Of a DNA stretch of 64,000 nt, positions 37,410-48,763 are shown piece by piece; within the stretch, counting starts at the first letter, position 1, and each line of letters begins with the position of its first letter. The notes beneath the pieces were generated by a model, which searched no databases, had not been told where the DNA came from, and was given only the letters and a program-made list of their open reading frames with translations. Location of the stretch: NCBI GenBank assembly GCA_976226885.1, contig OZ320314.1, forward strand, positions 59,272,001 through 59,336,000. The letters run 5' to 3'. The position numbers and the translations under genes are program-made. This DNA comes from Iphione sp. A-MEVVRFRX5. Lineage: Eukaryota.

Positions 37410-37427
37410 CTCCATGGGTAACAACAT
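37410..37427 (-). CDS. TFAP2: Probable first coding exon of TFAP2 (MLLPME)
   Basis: ATG TTG TTA CCC ATG GAG|gtaaga is a consensus phase-0 donor 1.2 kb upstream of the phase-0 exon 2 acceptor, with an in-frame stop upstream of the ATG. No transcript evidence is available, so it is a prediction. Confidence 0.55.
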
Positions 37428-37884
37428 CCGGACTTTTTGACACAACACCTTAAAATAATCAAGATGGGAAACCTATACTTAGTGTCAAACACTTAATGTA
37501 ATCCTTCGGATTCTGCAGCAGCTCCAGTTGATGTGTTGTGGTAAACTTCCTGTCTTTGATGAAAGTTTTTTTTTCAAAATATTACGTCTGAACAAGTCAC
37601 GTGCAATTTGTGCCCGCTGGTAGATCCTACCATGTTTGAGGCCCTGCCCGGCAATTATTAAGTCTCTTCCTGACCATCCTGTAGTAGAGAATCAACGCCT
37701 GGTCCTTCCTATTGCTAGCACAGTGTATGTATGTACTGATGTAGAACGCGTCACTCGGTGTGCCGCTGAGAAGCCCCCCTTCACGACGAAGGTGGCACCT
37801 GGCGGCAAAATGCACCAGTGGTTGCTCGAGCAAGAAATATATGTCTACCGCTGGCTCCTAATGTCTGTCGCTGCCAGCGATGGC

Positions 37885-37985
37885 GCTGCTGTTCCTTCTG
37901 TTACTCGAGCTGCTGCTATTGCCGTCCACAATGCTGCATCTACTACTGCAACTGCTACTGCTGTGCCGCTGCTGCTTCTACTGCC
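37885..37985 (-). repeat. Imperfect CAG/TAG (plus-strand CTG/CTA) triplet-rich tract, probably in the TFAP2 5' UTR
   Basis: gctgctgctattgcc...ctactactgcaactgctactgctgtgccgctgctgcttctactgcc lies between the candidate promoter and the first coding exon. Confidence 0.6.
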
Positions 37986-38192
37986 GGGGTTGTGACTGAG
38001 GCGACACCCTTCGCTCTCATTTGTTCGCGGGCAGAAGGCGTATGTGACTCACCCCATCTCCCTCTGACTGTGCCTCGGTCGCCACTCAGTCGGCAACGAT
38101 CCCCTCGCGTTCAAACTCCAACCTCCTCTCATCACACCCAGGAATAACTCCTTCCAGTCACCATTTCGTCAATTATCTAGTTTTCTCGTCTG

Positions 38193-38220
38193 CATTGTGT
38201 TTGACCCTTATTTGCATAAT
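38193..38220 (-). promoter_or_regulatory. Candidate proximal promoter element: octamer plus Sox site
   Basis: Perfect octamer ATTTGCAT at 38210-38217 (minus strand ATTATGCAAAT) and CATTGT at 38193-38198, at the upstream edge of the GC-rich UTR-like block. No TATA box seen. Confidence 0.45.
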
Positions 38221-39665
38221 TCGTTCACTACTGCTTTAACGTGGAATTAAACAGACAAGGTAAAAAAATGCCTCTGGAACCATATACAAAACGTTTTTTT
38301 AACAATGCGCCGTATTGTAGTTCACCACAGATGCCCATTAAGACACTCCTTCGGTTTTCTTTTGTATGTGAACATCTGTACTCGATCACTCACTACTGAC
38401 TGCCCGTCCGTGCATGCGTCTGTTTGTAGCACAGTTTGTTTAAAAGTTGGAGCATTGCCCTGTTCAAGTACTAACGTTTCTCTCCTATGTAGAAAACTTC
38501 TATTCCATGACTATCTCCTATCCTTTACCTGGCAAGTAGGCCTATGCTTCACTGGAATTTGTGCTCGGGTTATTCATTTGGGTATTGTTTTTCATTGCTT
38601 TTTTGTTTGCATTTTTAGACGGACTGCTATCATTCGGGTGAACGTACAATATTTGTCTAAACATCAGCTGGCCCCAGTTGAAGTCAGGTCCCCCGACCAT
38701 GGACTGTGTATAAATGTAGACAAAATACTGACACTGCAATGCTGGTGTAGTGCACAGATCACACGAACAGAGTAGGCCTACATGTACAACCAAGGATATA
38801 TTGACACCTGTTCAAACGACCCAAAATACTTCACGCACATCTGGGACCTTCTCCAACTGGTTGTCAATCAAGTCAACAAACTCTCTACCCTTGTTATGCC
38901 ATCTGTTTTTGTGTGAGCTTCTCAATACATGTACATGCATGCAAGGTTTGGTTATATGCTGTTATACTCATGTTACTGAGTTAAAGGAGACGAGGGGGGA
39001 GGAAATACATGAAGTGTTAGAGTTCGTAGGGGCTACTGGAGGTACTGGAGATTCTGGAGGATAACAATATTTAACAGTGACAAAAACAACTTCTTAAAAG
39101 TAGCCACCTCAGAGTCGGTGAAGCCCAGGGCGGCAGGCATGGCGTGGAAGGCGCTCCACACCAGGGAAGGGGAGGCCGGCGCTGGCAGGTCGGAGGCCGG
39201 GCCGTAGCCCGCGTAAAACGCTCGGTGACACCCAGAGACAGGGTCGGAAGGCCGCTCGAGCGACTGGGTGCTGCTGGCGGTCGGGCGGCCTCTTCTCAAG
39301 AAAGATCTCTTGTCTCGCGAGGGGAGGTCAGTGCGAGGATTCGGCTCAGCCATGCCCGGCCGAGCCCAACCCACACGACTGTTAGTTACCCCTGCTCGGT
39401 AGAGAACCCCTCCCTACTACACAGGTGAGTAGCGGAGCTCAGGGACGAACAGAATGTGTGGGTACACCAGTCACCGCTGAAAGGACTGCCCGCCGGCCTA
39501 ACGATCACCAAATCCTCCCCCAACACAGCAGAAGGGGCTGCGCAGCGAAGGTAATCAAATCAAAACATATTTCATGGCGCTGGCCACTGCGTGCTGAGCT
39601 GACTGCACTCTACTGTGAAACCCCGCAGACCCCGCTGTCTGGCCGCCTATCTTTACGTGCGTGTT

Positions 39666-39858
39666 GCCTGGGGCGATGGGAAGCCAATCTGAACAGTGCC
39701 ACTCATTCGCCACTTGGCCGCGCGCGGTTAAGGTCGGCAGCTCATGCATTATTCATATTGTCGACCTGATTTAAGATGTCGGCCAATCAGAGTCGTCTAC
39801 ACCAGCTGATACTTGGCGCAGCAGCCAGTGGGGACTCTTCCTCGCGCTCTGATTGGAT
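39666..39858. promoter_or_regulatory. Candidate distal or bidirectional promoter with three CCAAT (NF-Y) boxes and an AP-2 site
   Basis: AGCCAATCT (CCAAT 39684-39688), GGCCAATCAG (39783-39787), CTGATTGGAT (ATTGG 39852-39856) and TGCCTGGGGC (39665-39674), within a CpG-rich block of about 39100-39900. Confidence 0.5.
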
Positions 39859-42800
39859 AAGTGCTGCTTGTTTGATTGACAAGAGTTGGGTGGTCTCAGT
39901 AAGCCACGCCCACCTTAACTGGAAGGCGGTATAGTCTAATGAGAGTTTTAAGTTGATTAAGAGTCGAGCACCCTAGTGAAACTCCCTCTTCAACTGACTA
40001 TTTTACAGTGCACTAGAATCAGCGGTATTTTCTTTGACTTAAAAAAAGTCGTGAACTTTCCAAGCTGCTTTGATTTGGTAAAGGGTGCAGGGAGGGTGGC
40101 AATGGCGACAGATTTGCATGTGTATATTTATCAAAATCAGTGTATTGTTAGATCGTGTTGCTGAAAACAACCTTGATTATATCACTAATATTTAGAAATT
40201 GTTGTGGATAATAAGTATTACTTTGCTAAGGCTGGTCATGCTCAGATGAAACGCGTCTAAACGTGGGTAAAGCAGTGGAGTGTGTTGAACTTGCATTTTA
40301 TTGCTATATTGCCTGAGTCTATCTAAATTCTGGAGGGTTATGGCGCAGATATATACAGGGTGACAAGCGGGGTGCCAGGATGACGGTGGAAGTGCCAGTC
40401 CGCAGTGAGCGGGTGCCCCACCGAGTGGAGGGACTGGCGGTGTTTCGCTGCGGGAATGAGACGGCCGCTACCGGGGGCCCACGTCGAGGTCGACCCGGGA
40501 GGCCAGCGCCACCAGCTCGCTCTCGCGACGCGCGACAAAGCGACCCAAACAGCCACGCCAAGCTTGACGGCACATCGTCAATGCCCGCCAGCGTTTTATG
40601 AACTCAAGTGAAGCCACCCTCTAGTAATGTGACTTCTTTCCTGAATGGTGGACAACGTTAACTAAGCACTGGCGACGAAATCTCGAGCTCTAAGCTTGAG
40701 CTACTTCTTTTGCAGTCATGCTGATGCGCATCCCAAGAATGAATGTTTTTTCTAATTGTAGTGAGACTGATACTTTCCCAAGATTCGTGTTGCTTACAGA
40801 TCAGTTGAGGAACTGCAATCTTTTTCCTGCGTGATGATAGTTTCTTGACTTTTCACAGCAAGATCTGCCATGCATATTGCATGTACACTTGCTTCCCGCC
40901 TGGATTAAATGTACATTAGTTCCGTCCGGTCCCGCCGATGTCGTCAGTGGCTGGACATCACGGGGAGATGGTCAGACGTCGGGGTCCTGCACTCAGCCAA
41001 ACGATGTCCTATCCGCTTGATACAACCATGATTAGGCTGCTCACACTAGCAGCCTTCGGCCTCCAGATCAGCAGGTGTTAAGGTTGGAGATAATTCACAA
41101 CCGGTGCATACGTCCTACAGGCTGGTTGGACGGAGGCTCCGCAGGGGGTTCAACAACGAAGGTGTCTGGAAGTGCGAGCCCTAGGGTGGCGACCACCGAC
41201 TTTGTGCGCCGACCGGGCAGGTCCCACCCGGTGACCGGCACCACTATGGTACACGCTCGGTCTGCTTCAGGACAACGCACCCCAGTCAGTTGACACCCGC
41301 CAAGACCGAAAGGTGTGAGCTCGCGTGGAATAATAAGAGTGATTGTCTATGTTTACTGCGCGATGACATCACTTAATAATTGAAGATGACAAAAAGAATG
41401 CCTCCCGTATAGGTAGGGCCAACAGGTCTAATTAAGATTGAAGTGAAGTAACCAATACTTCTAAAACTGAAGTTCAGGTCATACATGTATGTGGTCGATT
41501 TTCAGTGTACACGTACATGTATAGATCATATTCGCATGCGTAGCCGTGACTTGCAGGACATAGAACATACATACCACCTTACCCCTACCCCGTACACCCT
41601 ACATGAATTGTCCACATGTACCCCGTTACTCCAATCAGGATGTGTGGAAATAGGTTAACTACTAAAAAGACGTTCTTTGCCCATCTTATTTCATTATACG
41701 TCCTGTCACTATTTACAAGGTACCAAAATTTCAGTTGTCATATTCGCTATCTTAGTCTAATTAACTTGGCATGCTGACAAAGGTGACCACAAAGCTGCAG
41801 GCCATAAGTAGTATAGAGGACTGTAGCTGTTAAGCAGGCTAGGGGGCAGCTCGCCCGGGCGACATGCTGACGTACACTGGAAGCACTGAAGTATCCTATG
41901 TGACAATTTTTGCTCGGAGTGGCTCCTAGGTCCGGGGCGTCTTGCACAGCATGGGGGGGTGTTACCCTAAGGGGTGACGGTGGAGTCTTCAAACTGCCCC
42001 TGGCCCCATGTCACCCCAAGTCTCCCTCCTGCCCCGGCTTCCTCGACCTCCCACGTACCTCGCCTCCCGGAGGTCCCTAATCATCCGACGAAGGCAGCAA
42101 TTAGCCTGGACAGGCGTCCAACTGGTCAGGTCATTAACACCAGCCGCATTTAAATTAAGACAGATTATTTGGACAGTGTTGCAATCTATGATGGTCATGT
42201 AAAGAGTCATATGAAGCATTTCCCTGCGTATCTCTGCTAAATGCATGTGCATCTTAATATGTCGTTTTTGATATTGTTTGGTGTTTTTCGTTTCTTCACA
42301 GGAGTACGATGACTTCACTTTCCTGCTCCTCGAGGAGTCTCAGGAAAAGTCAACTACTCGGATATACGTCTAATTTGATGGATGAAAGAACATTTTGACA
42401 CGCTGTTTTCACCAAGAAGAAAGTATCCTCATACGGCAAACTCACTTGCAGTGTACAACTCCAATTCTACACAGAAAGGATTCACAACGCATTCCGAAGC
42501 CTGTTCTCATTAATAAAAACACGAGGAAAGACGTAAAAATAATACACCAAAGTGCACAGATGTAGCAGAGAGGTGTGCTTGAATTCAATAATACAAATCC
42601 GCTGTTATCACTCGTCCTATAGTTTACCGGTCCACTGATGATAGACTCTACTCAACAAGTTGACTATCGAGACATGCATTTAAAAGTGAAGAAAGCAGCG
42701 CCACAAGCCCGGGTCTGTACAACAAAGCCACATCTGATGGTCGCCGCGCGAAAGACCTAAGGGGCCGTCAGCGTGTGAACCAATGCAGAAGGGGAGGGTA

Positions 42801-44290
42801 AGACCACGGCCCAGCACGGCCCCTACTCCGGACGCCTCCCTTGAAGTGACCGCCGCCTTCTCCTAACCTACACCCGGCACCCATTCAATGCCTCTGCGGG
42901 GAGGACCCCGACAAGGCCCACCAAGTTTTGTCGCCTTCGCCCCCGGTCCATTCAGTGAATACAACTTAAAAAAGTGACCCCGAAGTATGCAAACAGATGA
43001 TAAGTGTGAGATGTCGGTTAGAGTCCTTGTGGCTGTGGTTAGGGTATAGTATAAAATAGACATAAACAGAGGCACCGGCCAAGGTAGACTGAATAGATGG
43101 TATGGACCAAGATTAAAGGCTACAAAATGAACTCTCATGTAACATATTAAGCAGTAATACACATAAGTTGAATCTTCTCATTAAACTACACTACAAGAGA
43201 AGTGGGAAGGGTGTATATTGCGTTTAAAAGCTAAACAAGGTTCTTTGCAGACATTTATCGGAAAATCTGGAAAAGTGAGATTCCGCTTCGTCGCCAAACC
43301 GTGCGCCCGCGAGGGATATCAATACCTCAAATGATTTCACCTTTTTGCACACGGAGTTAATCAGAGTCGACATGTGCCGACACTGCGTTCAATGGCCAGA
43401 CGAGGGAAACATCATAAAAGTGCCGCGTGGGCCGTGCATGTCGTTTATCACATGGGCTCACGGCAATCAACGAAATGTGTGTGCCGGGCCCCATGGCGAG
43501 ACAGGCCCGTAGCACCAACGGGGCCGGAGGGGGACAAATGCCTCAAGAGGACATGGCCCAGTATAAAAATATCTCACCTGAACTGATAACATCGCCTGCT
43601 CCTGTTGTTAATATATCCTATGTGAAACTGAACAGTCCTGGTTTGTTATTTATAAACCAACTGGTCTGTGGAGAACCGCGGTATTTTGTGTGTCTGCTCC
43701 GGATATAGTGTTTATTGTGACTATACGTCGACTGTTTCTTTCACTGTTGCCAGACTCCCCTGGCTATCCTAATGCTGATGAAGCGGGCAGGTGACAGAGG
43801 TAAGCATCATCGCTCGCCTACCGTGGTGGTTGCAAGGTAGGCCGCGGAAGACAGTGGTGGCGACATTGTCAATCATATATCTGTGTATGGTTTGGTTAGT
43901 GAACTTTCTCCTTATTCTTCTGTGTCCTCCTTGGAACTTAGTCGTCAGCTGGTTGCCTCTGGCCAAAGGCTTGAAGGGTTCTGTCGGGTCCGACACCACT
44001 TGGCGTACGCCACGCCCGCCTTGTCTGCCTGTTTGCCTGCATGCAATCTTAGGCCCAAGAGTCACTGCACTCCAAGTAACGCCGGTCGTGTGGGTGTTGG
44101 TGAGTGGGTGGGTGGTTAGTTAGGTGGGGAGGGGGGCACCTGGGGACGATGTGAAGCCGCGGGCGCACGGTGCCTCACGCACGTGTATTGGATGTGTGGC
44201 GGGCGACCGTAACCCTGATGGTGTGTGAGCCGCTGTCTTTCCTATCTAGAAGGTGTCTGCCCCGTACATCTTCCTTCGTCCCAGCACTAA

Positions 44291-44292
<2 letters not shown>

Positions 44293-44368
<76 letters not shown>
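44293..44368 (+). repeat. (CT)n microsatellite
   Basis: Seen directly; longest in the window. Confidence 0.98.
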
Positions 44369-44372
<4 letters not shown>

Positions 44373-47300
44373 CGCTATATTTTCCTTTCTCCACATGCAC
44401 CGTGCGCTGTTAGCTGCTTCCCTTTTCTCGGACGATAAGTTGCGGCAACACCTCTGGGATTCTTTTTCCAAGTAGGTAGCGACCAGGACTCGTATCACCA
44501 GAGGCGGCAGCTATACTGAGTCATTGTGAACCGGACACTAATCAACATGATCGATGGCTGTTGGGGTCAAGTAACGACCCCTGACAATGTATCGACTGCC
44601 CGTTAAGAAGACTCCTTTCCTTATCACTACAAGGGGTGGTAAAAAAATGGAAGAAGTATTTCACAGATACGTGGAATTCCAGACACTGTACAGCAACATA
44701 AAACACGACACAGTTGAACCAGATGGTATGATCTTATGCGTATAATCTAAACTTGCATGGTTTGGGGTTGTCAGGATATTGCATACAGGACCTTGTTAAG
44801 AATTCGCAGGGCCCCTGGTGTCCCCGGGGCTCTTCTTGTTCTACAGACAGGAAGATTCACATGTCTCTCTGCCTGTCCATATGACCTATTCATCACACCG
44901 AGCTAGTGGGAAATGTGTCCTCCCGCCGGGCTCTAAACATGCAAAACACCTGAAACGGCTATTTTACCATCAAAGGTGCCTCGTGTGGGAGTTGGGCCTG
45001 CACGATACATAGCCTGCGCATGAATATACAAATGTACGCCAACGGACGCACTGCTCTGCAGTCCGCTCAACTTTGAACACAGATGTGTCTCATTGGTCGT
45101 CCAAGTAATTCATGTATGAAGTAGACGTTCAATCGACACATATATAAGCACAGGAGAATCTTTAGAAGATTATCCAGAGGCAGTCGAGCAGGGAGCTTGT
45201 TTACACTGCTACTAATGTTAGGTATTTTCCGGGCCCATCACGACGAAGATGTCGGATAAATGACGCTCAGCGAATGTGGGCTGAATGGCGCTGGTATCGA
45301 CATTGTTTATTCCATAGCAGGTCATCTGAACACTGACTACAGTTTCTGAGCCCAACCCCTTTCTTAAAGCCACCGCTATAACCTCACTTCACTTGCGGTG
45401 TGGTCGTTAGGTTCATTCGTCCTGACCAGGGAGCACCGACCCTTAATGCGACTACATAACATCTTTGGGTTTCTTCGCCCAGGCGTTTAGCTCCAATACT
45501 TTGTTTGTCTTTCGCTAACTTGTCAGTGCACGCCGCCGATAGAACCTCCACCCCGGTAGCTGCGGTGGGATTTTCACACACGACAAAACTGATAATTGAC
45601 CCTCCCCAACGGACCTATACATCCGTTACATAAGCAAAGCCTACAACCAGACCGTCGACCGCCTTCATACAGTTGGCCCTAAGTCCCTGATGGTCTTTGG
45701 ACGGCATGTCACCGCCCTAAAAGAAAGAGCCCTTGGAGCAACGTTTTGTCACTGTGTAACACGAACCATTGCACGAGAGACCGCTATAAGTGTGTTAAAC
45801 AGAACTTGGCTAAACTGTCACAATGATTAACTAAAGCCTCTGCTAAAAATAAGACTGATAAGCATTATCTCTTTGTGTTGAGATTATTTTTTCAGAACCA
45901 GGCGACTCAACTTCTGCACACCTTGCCAGGGACACTGTTTACAAAACCTGTTAGTTACGATGAAAACACCTCAGGGAGAGGAATGTCAGACCGACTGAAA
46001 GTAGTAGCGTCACCAAGCATACACCATTTGGCCATATCCAAAGAATAGTGGGGCCAACAAAGGAGAAGGCTCTCTGCTCAGACAGTCAGGCGCTTGGATG
46101 TCAGCCTCTTTGACTCAAAGTCTACTATAGAGAAGGGCAATTGGAATGTACCTCGATTGGTGTTAAAACAACAATAAACTTGACAAGCCCACTCCACCTA
46201 ATGCTTTTTTCATTTACATAGTAGTTGTAAATGGGAGGATTGGGCAGTTCATTTGCATACAGGCGACTCCTTGGTATGTAAAACTAAACAGATTCAACGC
46301 CCTCGGATTGTACCTCATTGACTCCCTGTCTCCTCCCTCTGCCGTTGTCCCTGTCCATCTACCCCTTCGCGTCCGAGGGACTGAGGACGTCACAGTTACG
46401 ACTAAACTTGATGATTATCAAATTATATGGTAGAGCTAAAACCCGTCATATATATATATATACATACATATTGCTTAGAGAGAGACTGTCGGATACACAG
46501 TTTGAATGTCACGGGAAAGAAAAAACGTGCATTAGTGCATATTCGGTATACGACGCCTTGTCCGAAATTGACGCAATTTTTGAATGGATGAATGCTTTAT
46601 TCACTTGCCCTAAATACAATCGTATGTACATAGAGGTCTTCTAGTGAACATGTGATTACCTGTACATGACAAACTGATAGTTCGGAAAGTTGAAAATGTT
46701 CGTTTGGAAGACTACGTTCTTGTCTCAATAACACATGTTCCTATTGGGGCCACACACATTGACAGAGCTGCACATACTTAGGGTTAGCCCATGTTCCACA
46801 CTTGTGCCACTACATCCGATCCCCATTTGTGCCTGTTGATGTTGGTCATTTACTCCATAGTTGGGTAGTTCTTGTTGCGAACCTTCAATGACGGCTGGAG
46901 TGGGAGAGTGATGCGCGGCCATCAGACCCGGGCCGGAGATCATTAGCCCAGCAATTGTGCAGGTCTGTCCAGGCTGTGCGAGTGGCCAGGCGTCACTTTG
47001 ATGGGTGGACAGGAGACCTCCACCACACACAAAGCCGCACAATTAATGTGACCGATCTCGTGTCATCCTGCCCTCCTCCTCTTCAACCTCTCTTCTTCCC
47101 TTGGCCCATCCATTGCCCATTCCGCTCTTTTCATGTCCGCAGGCTGTGTGTTTGGACCCCTGTATGCCCGACGAAGGTGACAATAAAAGAAATTGCTACA
47201 CCTGTAGTGAGGTACACCTGCCAAAACCAATAGTGTAACCTCCGAGGGAGCTCCTGGTGATCTTGGTCAATCATCGCGCCCTGACTTCTCGCTCATCTGT

Positions 47301-48690
47301 TACAAAGGCGACAGTTCGGGTATCCTAAGTGTCTTCATACATAGACGCGAAACTTCTGTCTATAATTTTATATTCACTTGTGAGAGATTAATGAAGAGTT
47401 TCCCATGGATATCGGCAGTATTCGGAACGTAAGTTTTGCAATTAGTGAGAAACAGCCTAAAAGAACTATGCCCGCTTATCAGTTAGTGGCTCTCCCTGCA
47501 GTGAATGGTGTGAACTAAAAACAACGTCGTCCTATGCCAGTTAGGAAAATAACATAAAATTTCATCATCAAATGTTCTCACGGTTAAGTCTATAAATTTA
47601 TACTATATTATACAGCATTTGGCTCATTTAGATTTAGGCCGCATTTCGATGTCATTGCAGGTATATATAAATTTAGGGGGAAATATTGATGTGCTTCCGC
47701 GTAACCATGTTTTCAAGTCAGTGTATGGATCCCTGCCCCTGTACATGTATATATATAGTTCACCAAAAATCACACAACAGTGTATAATTAACAAGCAAAT
47801 GTCCAGCGGGGTAAATACAACTCATGAAAAAACACATAATAGTGTAGATAAGTCATAAATTAGTGGTCACGTGTGGTAATTTGGTACCTCTATACAAATA
47901 ATTCATTACACACACTGTCCCTTTTAACACACTTTAAGGCCAAACAATGATCAATGCTCTGTGAAAATTGGGACAAGTCCCAAACTCAAACAGAGATCAG
48001 TGTTTGCAATGACAGAACATGTTACAGTCAGTTGTGAGATGTACTCAAACACTCCTCTCTGCCAATAGATACACAAAATTGCGTTGAGATGCCTTCTTAT
48101 GGGTAAATGTTAACATTTAATATAAGACTATATAATGTACTGTCCATGCCAATATTTTTGACAAAAAGTCATTTTCTATCATCATATATGTAGGCCTATA
48201 TCTACAAGTGTGATGATAAACTACACAATAAACTGGTAATTCCTTACCGTATGTACAAACATCCATTTTCGTGCATTCTGGATAAATCAACACGAAACAT
48301 ACACTGAATAAACTTTCTCTGCATTCCGGGTTCGGCACGCGGCGCTTTGGCCGGGCAGTCGGGCCATTTAGTTCCATAGTTTAACACCAGGTGACAGCAT
48401 GAGATATCCTTAACGCTGATAGCAGTATCTACCCCGGTACTCGAGTCACTACTATTTTGCCTGGCTGAGGCGATGTTGACAAAACCCCTTTATTTTAGGC
48501 CCATAATTTAAGATTTCGTATCAACGCTAGAGTACATATATGTAATGAAACACTTGAAATTCGTTCGAGTAAATTCGTCCCGTATGCAATGTACATGTAT
48601 ACATGCCTGTCGTCAAGGTTTCTTCCTCTATCCGGATCCGAATATAGTCCTATGGGATGTTTCGTCAGGCACCTTAATTGTCAGGTTTTA

Positions 48691-48763
48691 TGTGGAAGTT
48701 GCTTTTTTTATTTGATTTGATTTGATTTCAAATCAAATCAAATCAAATGTGAAAGTTGCTTTT
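48691..48763. repeat. Perfect (ATTTG)/(CAAAT) palindrome between 16-nt direct repeats
   Basis: ATTTGATTTGATTTGATTT-C-AAATCAAATCAAATCAAAT at 48710-48748 (19+1+19), flanked by TGTGGAAGTTGCTTTT (48691-48706) and TGTGAAAGTTGCTTTT (48748-48763). Confidence 0.9.

Noticed and set aside
7501-44498. ORFs with LSLSLS or ERERER runs (7501-7771, 20356-20754, 34825-35079, 44170-44498)
   Set aside because: Translations of (CT)n/(AG)n microsatellites.
46725-47042. 105-aa minus-strand ORF with a His/Gln/Pro-flavoured stretch, as a possible upstream TFAP2 exon
   Set aside because: No good phase-0 donor and no AP-2 similarity; the block reads better as an enhancer (TCF and Sox motifs).
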